A stretch of 64,000 bases of DNA from Bugula neritina (lineage: Eukaryota; Animalia; Bryozoa): positions 14,538,633 through 14,602,632 of the forward strand of contig OZ037769.1 in the NCBI GenBank assembly GCA_964035545.1, written 5' to 3'. Below are positions 24,972 through 37,388 of the stretch, one piece after another. The first letter of the stretch is position 1. Every line of letters begins with the position of its first letter. A program made the translations under genes and the position numbers. The notes beneath the pieces are model-generated. The model had not been told where the DNA came from. It saw nothing but the letters and a program-made list of their open reading frames with translations, and did not search any database.

Positions 24972-27900
24972 CTTGATATTTTAGTATTTCTATAATGAAC
25001 TGAATAAAATAATAGAATACTCTAGAAAATATTACATCTAATAAACAGAAGTACTATAAATTCAAAGTATTAAAGCTTTGGAAAAACTCTAAATTCTTAA
25101 AATATAGGGAATTATAGCTTCAAAAGCCATAGAATTGGTGCTAGCCGATTTAAAGCTCATGATAAAAAGATAAAGAATTGCTATTTGGTTGCTGAAAGCT
25201 TTGAGGATGAGAAAGTATTAGGGAAGCAGCAATTGATAGACATATCTTATAAATTATTGCTTGAAAATTTGGTGAAGGTAAATTAGCCTATCCGTCAAAG
25301 TCTTCAAACAGATTCCAGTATATTTTATATGCTCATTGTACAAGACTCCATACACAATGACATGCAACATCAGTAGCTCAAGGATTATATAGTTAGTAGA
25401 CGTATTAAAAGACACATTAAAAACATATGATGCTATATAAACAATGAGTGCTCATTTATACAAGCTTTTCTCGATCTTCTTTTTTAATATTAAAGAAACT
25501 GGGAGCTGAACAAAAAGTATTTTTTGTATTTCATGTTTCCAGTGTAAGTTGAATATCTCGTATGTATTTTTCAGGTATATATAATATAGTTAAATATTAA
25601 CAAAACAATTCTCTTCAGAATATTTCCTTGATATAGTCAGTATCAGATTTAAAAAATATTTCTAATGCAAACATAACAATTAGCATACCATAGTTTGCAG
25701 TTTAGATTTTTGCTGTTTCAGGTCTATATATATATATAATGTCTAGATTACAAGCATTATTTTGAATCAGTAGAGTCCATTATGGTTCAAATTAAATTAG
25801 ATCTGATGAAAGAAGCAAAACCTGCTATAATATATATAAAGTGAATTTTATTTCAAAAAATAAATGGTCTCTATTAAGATCAACACTTTCAAATTAACAA
25901 CATTAATTATTGCCTTAATGCATATACTATAATATGGGAGACTTTCGACAAAATTTCTGTCTTTATTTATTTTCAGTTTATCAACATAAATTCCTATAAC
26001 TAATCATGACTATTGAAATTACTTTATATACTATACTATGATAATATTTAGATAACTTTAAGTATTTATTTATGTTGAGATTGTTTTTAATTATTGTCAG
26101 CATTTAAGTTATTTAAATAATTTTCTCAAAAAATAATGACATCACTATTAACAGACATGAATCTTGCAGACAGTTAACTCAGCTAGAGTTGGTTCACTTT
26201 CTGCTAAGTTTGTTTCTATATACTGCACATATGGTAAGTAAATCCACGTAAATAGATGGTATATAATATATGCTTTAACTTTATTATAAATAAAGTCTCA
26301 CACCTAATTTATATACTGACACACTTGGTCGCATATTATAATATTATCATATTATCTTAAATAAATAAAATAATTTTTTAGCCTCATCTGTTTTGTGTTA
26401 TAGCTAGTGTGTAAGTATATAAAATTAGACTTTTCCATCGGCATGCTTAAAATTAGCTTTGCATTAAAATTTACTGTTATTTTTGTTGCAAGAAAATATT
26501 TGAATTTTTTACTTATAGATACAGATTTTAGCAAAAGCCAGTTGTTGTAACACCTTTTTCTGTACAAGACAAACTGACGCATCACCCAGTGATTCATTTT
26601 GATTTACATGGTTGAATCATACAGTATGAGTTGTGTCTCCTTTTTTGTACTTCTCAGTCATGAGTGTAGCTTCTGGTAAGTGATGGTTTTGTACAAACTT
26701 GATGTAAACAAGATAACTGTGATTATTACTTTAGTTTGCTAATATAATAATAATATAGTCCACTTGTATATGCAGCATGGTCTAGTACAACTTATATATA
26801 TACAATATTCTGTATACTATTCATTTTGCTGACCAATGTTACTGTAGTTTTCAACTTTTATCTTGTTTGTTATTTTTTAAAGTAACTATATAAATAATAC
26901 TAATGCATTTGTTTCTATAAGTTTATTTTATTTGTCTCAACTACTTGCTGTAAGTGAAAATTTTTTCTGAATGCTTATAATTCAACAGAAAATATAATTT
27001 CCTTTTAACTCAACTTATTTACTATTTTCAACAATTTAATATTAAGCCAGAATTAGGTTTATTAAATATTTTGTAAAAGTTATAGAATTCCATAGTAGAT
27101 TTACTAAAATAGAATATTCAATAATATAAAAATGACTGCACAAAAGTTAATGACATCATAATATTTTTATGAAGTATATTAAAACTAAAATATCACGAAT
27201 AAATGCTTGTAATGTTTGGTTTTCATCCTTTAGCAAAAACTAGCATTTGATGTTTAATATTGATTTTATTGACTAAATATTTTGCAGGCAGTCATTATAG
27301 TCAGAAAAACTGCTGATGTTGACATCAAATTATCCTTGAAGAATGTCAACTGAAGCTTTCCAGAATCTGATTGACCAAAACAGCATCATGAGTTTCCCTG
27401 TTTAAAAAATAATTATATAAGCAACATCTTGTGAGACAATCAGTAACAATTTCAATCCTGTTACAGTTACTACAGAGGCAATCCATTACAGGAACACATG
27501 GTTTGTGTAATGAAACAAACTGAAAGTGTTATATAACATTAAATAACAATTGTATATTGTGCGGTGGTGAATGCCAGTAGAAATGGTCTGTCTAAAAGTA
27601 GCCAAGATTTTATTGGCTGAGAAAAGTTTATTGCTAAAGAGAGTATCTTATAGACTGCATACCCTAAGACAATGACAGTTAAACCAGCTACAGCAGCTAT
27701 TCCAACTTTCTTCATAGTGCTAAGATTTTGCATGTTATTAACTAAACTGAGCTGAGCAAACATGTGTTAATGCATCAAAAATGTATTACAAAAATCATTT
27801 ACATATTATAGGTATGCTATAGTTACCTCTTTTTTGCATGAATAAATGAATTGAATCAGTAGTTATAATCTTTATTGGCCATTTTTTCAACTTCTAATAA

Positions 27901-29137
27901 GACTATTTTTTTTAGGATTTACTAAAAGGACTTAAAAAGAGAATGGTAATATGCTGATATTTCAAAAATTATTATTTCTTAAGAGATATTTATTTTTATT
28001 GATTTGCAAGAAAAAGCTGTATTCAATTTTATTTGAGGAAATTTATCAGCATGTTTTTCTATCAACTCTTTTTTGTGGGAAGACTCCAGACTGGTGTATC
28101 TCCTCTGGCAGAGTAGTGAATATATATACCACTTAGTCATATATCTTGTCTACCAGCAATTACTGGTCTACCCTCTTCCCACAATCTCCAATGCAGTTGC
28201 CTTCTGTCTAAGGTCTGCTCTGTATACACATTCACAGCCTAATTACCATTTATTTATTATAGGCATGTATAAAATATTCAACAGAGTATTCAATGCTAAA
28301 TGCTATTTACTGCCTAATACTTAATATAAAAGTTGATAAATATTTTATGCATGCCAACAAGTGGTACTATATTCTTGTTAGTTCCAAATATATTTTAATG
28401 GTTCGTATTTCATTGAAGTGAGCATCATTTGGCTTTAGGGACCATATTTTATCCTTAGGATTTTCTTTGGACTTTGATTGAAGTTGGTGACGTTTCTATA
28501 TTACACTGCAAGCTTTCACTCTCTTATAATAAATGTTGTATTTAAAACTAATTAAGTTTGAATATATGAGGCTCATATAATGATAATCTTTTCATAACAT
28601 ATAATAAAAAATCTACAATATACTTTCAAATTATATGTTGCAGTATGTTATATTTTTTAAATGTGTCACACATGTTGAGTGTATATATATATATGCATGT
28701 TTTTAAACCTAATTTTAAAATTATTCAGACTCGTGTTCAGGTAATATTTTTATGAAATGCATCTAATAATGTTGAAACCTTATCCAATATGTGTATATGC
28801 GCATGTACTTTTTATTTATAAATACAATTTACATAAGCGTAATTTACTAATTTAAATACATTACTAAAGATATTTTTCCACAATACATTGACCAAAACAC
28901 TTCTCTCATTGTGCTAAAGTAATTTTGTGGTTAAAAGCTATAAAAGAGATCCCAAATACATTAAACTACTCCGTTTGTCTGACTAAATAGTTAGTAAAGC
29001 AAATACAATGATCTTGCAATTTTTTCAATCATATTACAGGTTTTAATGGTACTTCCCCAATATACAATGTTATATGATTATATAGCTAAATTTGATCTGC
29101 CTCTGCTTTCCCTGAAAGTCTGGTTACATAACTCACA

Positions 29138-30568
29138 TTATTCTCTGGAGTGTACTTTCATGTGGTTAGATAGATTTTGTTTTGTGGTAAAAGTCTGGCA
29201 ACAAGCTGCACATATGTATGGCTTTTCCCCACTGTGTATTCTCATGTGAACATTTAAAGCTCCTTTGTGGCTAAAATTCCGGCCACATGTCTCACATCTG
29301 TAAGGTTTTTCTCCAGTATGTATTCTTATATGAACAACTAGAGTCCCTTTGTGGCTAAAATTCTGGCCACATGTCTCACATTTGTATGGTTTTTCTCTAG
29401 TATGAGTTCTAATATGAACAGTTAGTTGTCCTTTGCGTAAGAAAGTTTTGCTGCAACTTTCACATTTGTAAGGTTTTTCTTCACCATGAATTCTTATTTG
29501 AACCAATAGACTGCTTCTTTGTGTGAAAGTCTTGTCACATAGTTTGCATTTGTATGGCTTTTCTCCATTGTGTATTCTCATATGAGTGTTTAGGTCTCCT
29601 TTTTGTTTAAAAGTTTTACCACAATTATCACATTAATTTGTAAAGCTTTTCCAAGTTGTGCTGTTTCACGGGGTGAGTTAGTTCATCCCTGTCTTTGAAA
29701 ATGGTGTTACATGTTTCAAATTCATATAATTTATTTTCATGGTCAATATTTTTGTATTTAAACAACTCCTGAGATTGTGAAACCTGTTCGCAATGATTTC
29801 TGAACGTGTCATTCTTTTCTAGTTCTATGCATGTTCTAAAGTGTTCTTCACACTTTGCACACCTTCCAGGCTCTTTATTATCTTTTTCTGTGTCAAGGTC
29901 AAACAACAAATAAATGAAGTCTTCCCCACATTCACTACATCTTCTAAGATTTTTATCGCTGTGCATTGTAGCATAGTTATTTGAAACTGGCGTCTGTGAA
30001 CAACCTTCTTCTTTTGTGTCATCTGCTTCAACTTTAAACTCTAAAAGAGGAGATTCCAGATTCTCACATCTGTCATTATTATCAAATGCTAAGTCTTGCT
30101 CTAGAATTTCAATAATAAACATTTAAAATTCACTCAAACAAAATACATAATTGAGTAGCTGTGGTCTAGGGGTTGAAGTGTTTGCTTTGTAAAAACGAAT
30201 TCATGACTTTGAACCTTGACAAAGGCCATTGGTGATGCTAGAAAAAGCATCTAGTCACAATTGCTCTTGTGTCTCATGTAATTTAAAAAAATTCTTAGCC
30301 TGTTCTAACAAAGAGCCGTTCCATCACACAGGATTCTCACAAGGATAGTGACTATTAACTTTCTTGAGTTTAAAATATAGAAGTTTGGGTATATATAGTA
30401 GTTCAAGCAATGCATGGGGAAAGCAGGAGAAATACATGCAAAAATATTGAATTAAAAACAAACTGTACAATTTACTGAAATAAAATTTCCTAAGAGATTT
30501 TTAAATTGAATCGAATTGTTTTATAAAAGGCAATAGAAAGCAACTCTTTACTCACCAACGATAGACAT
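29138..30568 (-). pseudogene. C2H2 zinc-finger paralogue 3 (6 fingers), frameshifted
   Basis: A 4-bp insertion at about 29633-29636 (TAC AAA TTAA TGT GAT AAT TGT) separates the N-terminal region from the fingers. Finger 2 also has His to Gln (LLVQIRIH). Confidence 0.85.
30153..30375 (+). mobile_element. SINE copy in the ZF3 intron
   Basis: GTAGCTGTGGTCTAGGGGTT...GGCCATTGGTGATGCTAG. Confidence 0.8.
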
Positions 30569-31885
30569 CTTGATATTTTAGTATTTCTACTAAATCCTGA
30601 TAAAATAATAAAATACTCTAAAAGATATCCTGGCCAATAAACAGAAGTACTAAATTAAAAGTGTTTCAGCTTTAGAAAAACTTGGAAATTTCAAAATATA
30701 AGATGTCTTAGCTTAAAAAGCCATGGAAATGGTATAAAAGCAAAATTAAAAATCAAAATACAAAACATAAAGACTTGCTATTTGGTTGCTGAAAGCTTTG
30801 AGGATGAGAAGGTATTGGGGAAGCAGCAATTGATAGACATATTTAGCCATATTAATTATTCCTTGAAATTTATTCTCAATGTTTGTGCAACTGGGTGGAT
30901 ATATATAGGTATATATATATACCTATTTTAACATCACCAAAAACTTATAGATTAAATCTCTCTCTATTATTCAAAGTGACAATAGGAATCCTAATAAACT
31001 GTCTAAAAATCCTAGATACATAGAACGATAATGGCAAACATTTGTATTTTTTCAATCTTGCGTTTCTTCAAATTTAAGAATTTGACTTCTAGTATAACTC
31101 AACGTCATAAAATACTTTTTGTAGGCAGATGTCTATAAAGCTTACCCAGCTGTGAGTTCATAAAACAGTCAACAAGTGGAAAAATATCTTGCATATAATA
31201 ATCTGTATCAGTTATCAAATATAATAATTTCTTTTTATGTTAGAACTATAAATACAAGTTTTAGATAAGCCTTCAACTAAAAATATTAATTTAAAATCAT
31301 ATAGCACATTTAGTATTTATTTATTTTGTTTCAATATGTTATGTGCAAGAATGATATATTTATTACTGTTTTATATAGTTGTGTATATAACTAAAGACTT
31401 GGCCTCATAATTGTGAGAATGACACGAAACACCGTGTGATGATTTTACTGAGTTATCTTCTTGCAATGATCATGTATGTTTTGCTCCTGATAATTCTACC
31501 AGAGTTACTTTAAACAAAAAATCAACTAATACAAAGGACTTCAAATATATTAGTTTCCTTATTACCTTTTCTCCACAGAATTTTAAAACTGCTCATAAGA
31601 ATGTATGCTTTAAATTTTACTCGTATATAATAGTGTTTTGCTTGATATTCTTAAACAATTAATCAGCTTTTACAACATTTCTTCAAAACCTTTCTATTGC
31701 ACCTCCCTCCATGGAGCATTTTACTAGTGCTAATTTATACCTTTATATTAGCCTTTTAAACATATTAGGATAAATCTCTTCTGATAAATCATTCATAAAA
31801 TTTTAAAAATTACCATGCATGAGGCTTTTGTTACTAAAATTTGAGACATTATGTAATGGTATTTCTGCATTATTATGCCACTTAA

Positions 31886-32654
31886 AGGATTGCTCTATCT
31901 TGTCTAATAAATGGCCATTTAGGTCAAACACACATAATATTGTGTTTTTCTAAGCATGCATTGACAAAAAGCATTTGACCAAAGGTAGAAAAAGTTAGTT
32001 GAAGTTGAGGGTGTAGATTGGTAACAGCCAAAACGCCGATTTTGAAATGAGCTGGGAACTGTGACGTAACAGCGCCAGCATTCCTGCTGGTCACGTGACT
32101 ATACAAATGAATAACTATAGAAATATGACTGTGAGATGTGATCTTTCAGCTCGAAATTTGTATATTTATAGAAGTGCAAATGTGAATTATCTTAATCTAT
32201 AGTTTTTTGGCATTTTAAATAACATGTATGTAATAACATTAGGCTATATTTTGCTTGTAACCATTAGAAAAAAGCATTGCAAAAGCATGCATTCTTTAGG
32301 ATGAATGCCTGCGATCGATCTAAACTAGGTCAGATTGTGCAATATTACGGGCGCACCAAAGTTGACCTATATAGCGCACTGTAACTGCTTGAGCGTTATT
32401 GGTTGATATTGTGCTCAGCAACCTTGAATACTAGCGTTATAGTTAGCACGTGCAGCATAGTTACTGGCGTTCACACGTCACGTATTAGGCTATTCTTTTT
32501 CATGGCTGAAAATTTTACCGCCCTCAAAATTGGAATTTTGAAAAGCTGTTTTCTAGGCACATATCCCTTTGCAAAGTCACAATTGTTTGCATACACATTT
32601 AATTATAGTTCATAATTATAATGTGATTGTAATAAACTAAGATTGAGCAATCCT
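31886..32654. mobile_element. 769-bp non-autonomous DNA transposon with TTAA target-site duplication (Kolobok-like AG..CT termini)
   Basis: TTAA|AGGATTGCTCTATCTT ... AAGATTGAGCAATCCT|TTAA. The paralogous empty site GCCACTTAATTGTACAACC is at about 57425-57443. Confidence 0.9.
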
Positions 32655-33229
32655 TTAATTGTACAACCTGAATACATAACATCTTTACACAAACCCATAT
32701 AAATTGTGTATTATAGATATTAAAGTATATGAACATAATTTATTATATATAATAATGATCAAAAATTATACAATTACTAATAATAAAACTTACAATACTA
32801 TAAATGAATAACTGAAAACTCTTTGTTTCCGAGTTAATGATACATTTATAAAAACAGTTTTCCATGCACTGACCAAAGCAATAATTAGACCATTACCATT
32901 GACCACGAACGCATTAAAACAATAATCTAAATGTTGATGTGATTTTACGGTTAAATAAGGGCTAAAAGTTATTCCAAATACATTAAACTACTCGGTTTTT
33001 CTCACTATTTGGTCAGTAAAACAGATGTAGTTATGCTAAATTTTCTTGATTATATTTCATGGTTTAATGGTGTTTCTTCTCCCCCTTTCCTATGTAATTT
33101 TGTATATGATTATAGTTGAATTAGAATTGTGTCCTAAAGTTTTCACAAGTTTACATTTGCATTTTCCATGCTATACTTTCGGATAACAGTATGTCTGCTT
33201 TCTCTGAAAGTCTGGCCACATATTTCACA

Positions 33230-34906
33230 TTATTCTCTAGAGTGTAACTTCATGTGGTTAGTTAGATTTTGGTTTGTGATAAAAGTTTTGCTACAAGTTG
33301 CACATCTGTATGGCTTTTCTCCAGTATGAGTTCTCATATGAACAATTAGATGTCCTTTGTGGCTAAAATTCTTCCCACATGTTTCACATCTGTAAGGTTT
33401 TTCTCCACTGTGTATCCTTATATGAACCAATAGATTGCTACTTTGTATGAAAGTTTTGTCACATATTTTGCATTTGTGAGGTTTTTCTCTAGTGTGAGTT
33501 TTTATGTGAAGAGTTAGGTGAGCTTTTCGTTTAAAAGTATTGCTACAAAATTCACATCTGTAAGGCTTTTCTCCAGTGTGTATCCTCATATGAACAGTTA
33601 AAACTCCTTTTCGTTTAAAATTCTTCCCACATGTCTCACATCTGTAAGGTTTTTCTCCACTGTGCATCTTCATATGAATAAATAAACTACTTCTCCGTGT
33701 ATATGCTTTCTCACACTTTTCACATTTGTGTGACTTTTCTCTAGTATGAGTTCTCATATGGACAGTTAGATCTCCTTTTCGTATAAAACTTTTACCACAA
33801 CTTTCACACTTGTATGGTCTTTCCCCAGTGTGTATTCTTATATGAACAGCTAGAGCTCCTTTGTGGGTAAAAGTTTGCCCGCATGTTTCACACCTGCACA
33901 GGTTATCTCCACTATGTATTCTCATATGAATAGATAAATTACTTTTTCGTGTATATGCTTTGTCACACTTTCCACATTTGTATGGCTTTTCCAAGGTGTG
34001 TTTTATCACAGGGTGAGTTAGTTCATTCCTGTTTTTAAAAAAGGTGTTCGATGTTTCAAATTCATAAAAGTTTTCTTTATGGTTTATGTTCATATATTTA
34101 GGTAACTGTTGAGATTCTAAAACCTGTTTGCAATGATTTCTGTATGAGTCATTCTTTTCTAGCTCCATGCATATTCTTAAGTGTTCTTCACACTGCGCAC
34201 ACCTTTTGGGCTCCTTACTATCTCCTTGTGTGTCAAGGCCAAACAACGAATAAAAGAAGTTGTCCCCACATTCACTGCATCTTTTAAGAGTTTTATTGCC
34301 GTGCATTGTAGCATAATTATTTGAAACTGGCATCTGTAAACAACCTTCTTCTTTTGTGTCATCTGCTTCAGCTTTAAACTCTAAAAGAAGAAATTCCAGA
34401 TTCTCACCTCTGTCATTATTCTCAAATGCTAAGTCTTGCTCTAGATCTTCAATGTTAAACATTCAAAATTTACTTAGATAAAATATATAAGAGAGCAGCT
34501 GTGGTCTAGGGGTTAAGTTGTAGTGTTTGCTTTGTAAAAACGAATCTATGGCTTTGAACCCTGACAAAGGCCATTGGTGATGTTAGAAAGAGCATCTAGT
34601 CATAATTGCTATTGTGGGTCTTATTTAAAATATTTCTTAGCCCATTCTAACAAAGAGCTTTTTCATTATGTAGGATTCTCACAAGGATAGCCACTATTAA
34701 ATTTCTTGAGTTTAAAATGTAGAAGTTGAGCTATATATAGTAGTTCAAGCAATGCATGAGGAGATAAAAACAAATACATGAAAAATTGGTAAGTAAAATA
34801 CAAACTGTGAAAGTTACTAAAACAACATACCTAAATAGATTTGTCCTTATAACTTGTTTTATAAACGATAATGGAATGCAATTCTTTACTCACCACTGAT
34901 AGACAT
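33230..34906 (-). CDS. C2H2 zinc-finger protein, paralogue 4 (9 fingers). Exons 34906-34894 and 34440-33230
   Basis: Nine intact fingers, open frame, conserved short ATG exon. Confidence 0.93.
34492..34715 (+). mobile_element. SINE copy in the ZF4 intron
   Basis: GAGCAGCTGTGGTCTAGGGGTT...GGCCATTGGTGATGTTAG. Confidence 0.8.
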
Positions 34907-37388
34907 CTTGAAATTTTAGTATTTCTATACTCAACTAAATAAAATAATAAAATCCTCTAGAAAATATTACGTCTAATAAACAGAAGTACTAAATTAAAAG
35001 TTCTAAAGTTTTAGAAAATCTCGTAAATCTCCAAATTCGGAATAATAGCTTAAAAAGCTATAAAATTAGTACTAGCAAAATTTAAAACTCATGATGAAAA
35101 TATAAAGACTTGCTATTTGGTTGCTGAAAGCTTTGAGGACTAGAAGCAGGGCAAGGATTACAGCTAGTTATAGATCTATTAAAAATATTTGATAATATAT
35201 AAACACTGCATAGTGGCACACAATGAGCACAGCATTGTACCTCTGTAGCCCTAAGTTCTAGCACATACAAGGCTGTGTGTATACAGAGTGGTGCAGCTAC
35301 CACCCCTAACTCTTGCTGATTAGAAGTAGAACTCAGTGCTTATACATAATTGGCCATGTATTATATCGTACAGAGCTGCTAATGGAGTGTTTGTAATTAT
35401 TAGCTTGAAACTGTGCAGTGATTATTTGTGGGGGTATTGCCATACGCCCCTATTTTTATTGCCAATGAAAGTTCACAGTCTACTTTAAATCAGATGTAGA
35501 AATTAGGCCAATAATTTAATAGTTTATAAAAAGAGGATGAAACTGTGTACTTATATGACATATGATGTAATCGTAAACAATGTCATACTTTATAGCACAT
35601 TGTTATCTATTATAATGCACAACATACTATGTTATATAAAATATATTATACCCAACATCATAAATTGTCCTCTTAATTAGGCTTTACTAAATTTTACTTT
35701 ACTTTGATTTTTATTTTGTTATGCTTCAAAAACTGTATATTTTTGGGCACTTTTGGTCACTATAGCTTGGTGTCAGAACTCCCAAACCCCCTTCTTTAGT
35801 TGAGCTAACTCTGAAAAGAATATATTGGTAGAATCCTAAGAAAATGGTGCCTTGGAAACTTTTTGATTTTTAGCAAAAACACAAACAGGTTCATGCTGTG
35901 AAATATTCAAGCATTTTAGCAATGGCTCCTCTTGTTTGCTTAAGTAAAGCTGAGCTGGTAAGTTTGTCTTTGTTACATATTCTTTGTGACATCTTTACCC
36001 TTGCTACTTGGAATTTGTAATAAAGTAGCCATTTAAGTCAAGACTTGTTATTTAGTTACTTGAAGCTTTAACTTCTAGTTGCAACAGCTCTCATGACTAT
36101 TTGACTAAACATTCATTTTGACTCACTTCTAGTAAACTTAGTAAAGTATATGTGTTAATACTGCTATTTATCTTTAAAACCTGGAGTGGATGAAAAGACC
36201 TCAGGATATTTTTATTTGTTTATTGACAATTCACCAGCTCATGTAATAGAAAGAGTCACAGCTCTACTACAGTGTGCTCTGTTAACTTTAACCCTTTGCT
36301 CTAGTACAGCCAAACTTCTATTGTTACAGCTTAGCCGTGAATTAGTTAGTATTTTATTGAACAGCACCTAAACCACCCATAGAGCACATTCACTATAGAT
36401 CCAAGGCTACAATTTGAAGAAGGGACTAACCCTATTCATGCTGCCTAGCTACTGTCTCACTATTCAAGTTTATTGATATACTCTAATGACTACAGTCTTT
36501 GCTATTGACTAGACAAGCTTAAACTAAATATCAGGGATTATATTACAAACTGGGCAGCTATAACTTGTGTAATATAACCAAAGCTCTTTCCATGTATGTA
36601 TTCATCTATTCTTTATAACCAGCACCTTATTATTAGCTAACAAAGCCTTTTGTTACAAGCTATTATTTACATATTCACTAGTAGACTACAAACTTTCCTG
36701 TTGGGTGATTGCCAAATGTTATCAATAAACTAGAGCCAATACCAAAGAGCTTTAGTAAATGTGATTATTCATAACAGCCAATACCAAAGAGAATACCATT
36801 TTAGTAACCTATCACGTGATCATGTAACAACTATTACTTGCAGCAGCAATACTAACTAGCTCGCACTAAGAGGGAAGTCACTGTCCCTACCTAGTCATAG
36901 TGAGAAGATAATCAAGTTAGTTTATGAAGGATATTATGTAACATATGCTGATGGTGAAGAGTATCTCAACTCACCTGCTGACTTCATTTGAATTCGCTGT
37001 AAGTAAAATTTATTTATTATATAAATGTATATGACTAAAAAGTAAGTTCCCTTTGGTACATATAAACCTGTAGAGGGTAAAATTAGGTTGAATATGAAAA
37101 CAACTCAACCCTTTTGTGAGTGCACGAAACACAACACACGGAATAATACTTTGGTGTTATAAAATCTCTCAGCATACAATCTAACAGTACAGGTCTTGCT
37201 TGGGTTTATATTCTTTCTAAATTGCTGGCACATGGTATCAGTGGAGATATATTAAAGAAATGGCAAATGCTAGCTGTAGTTTGTATAAGTGTTTCACCAT
37301 GTATTTAGTTTAGCGAGATAAACTAAATAAAATGGTTGTTACAGATGAGAATAAAAATGTTAGTATAGCTGTAACCAGATACTACAGA

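Noticed and set aside
29633-29636. TTAA insertion in ZF3 as a transposon excision footprint
   Set aside because: The inferred ancestral sequence (AAATGT) has no TTAA target, so an ordinary small insertion is the simpler explanation.
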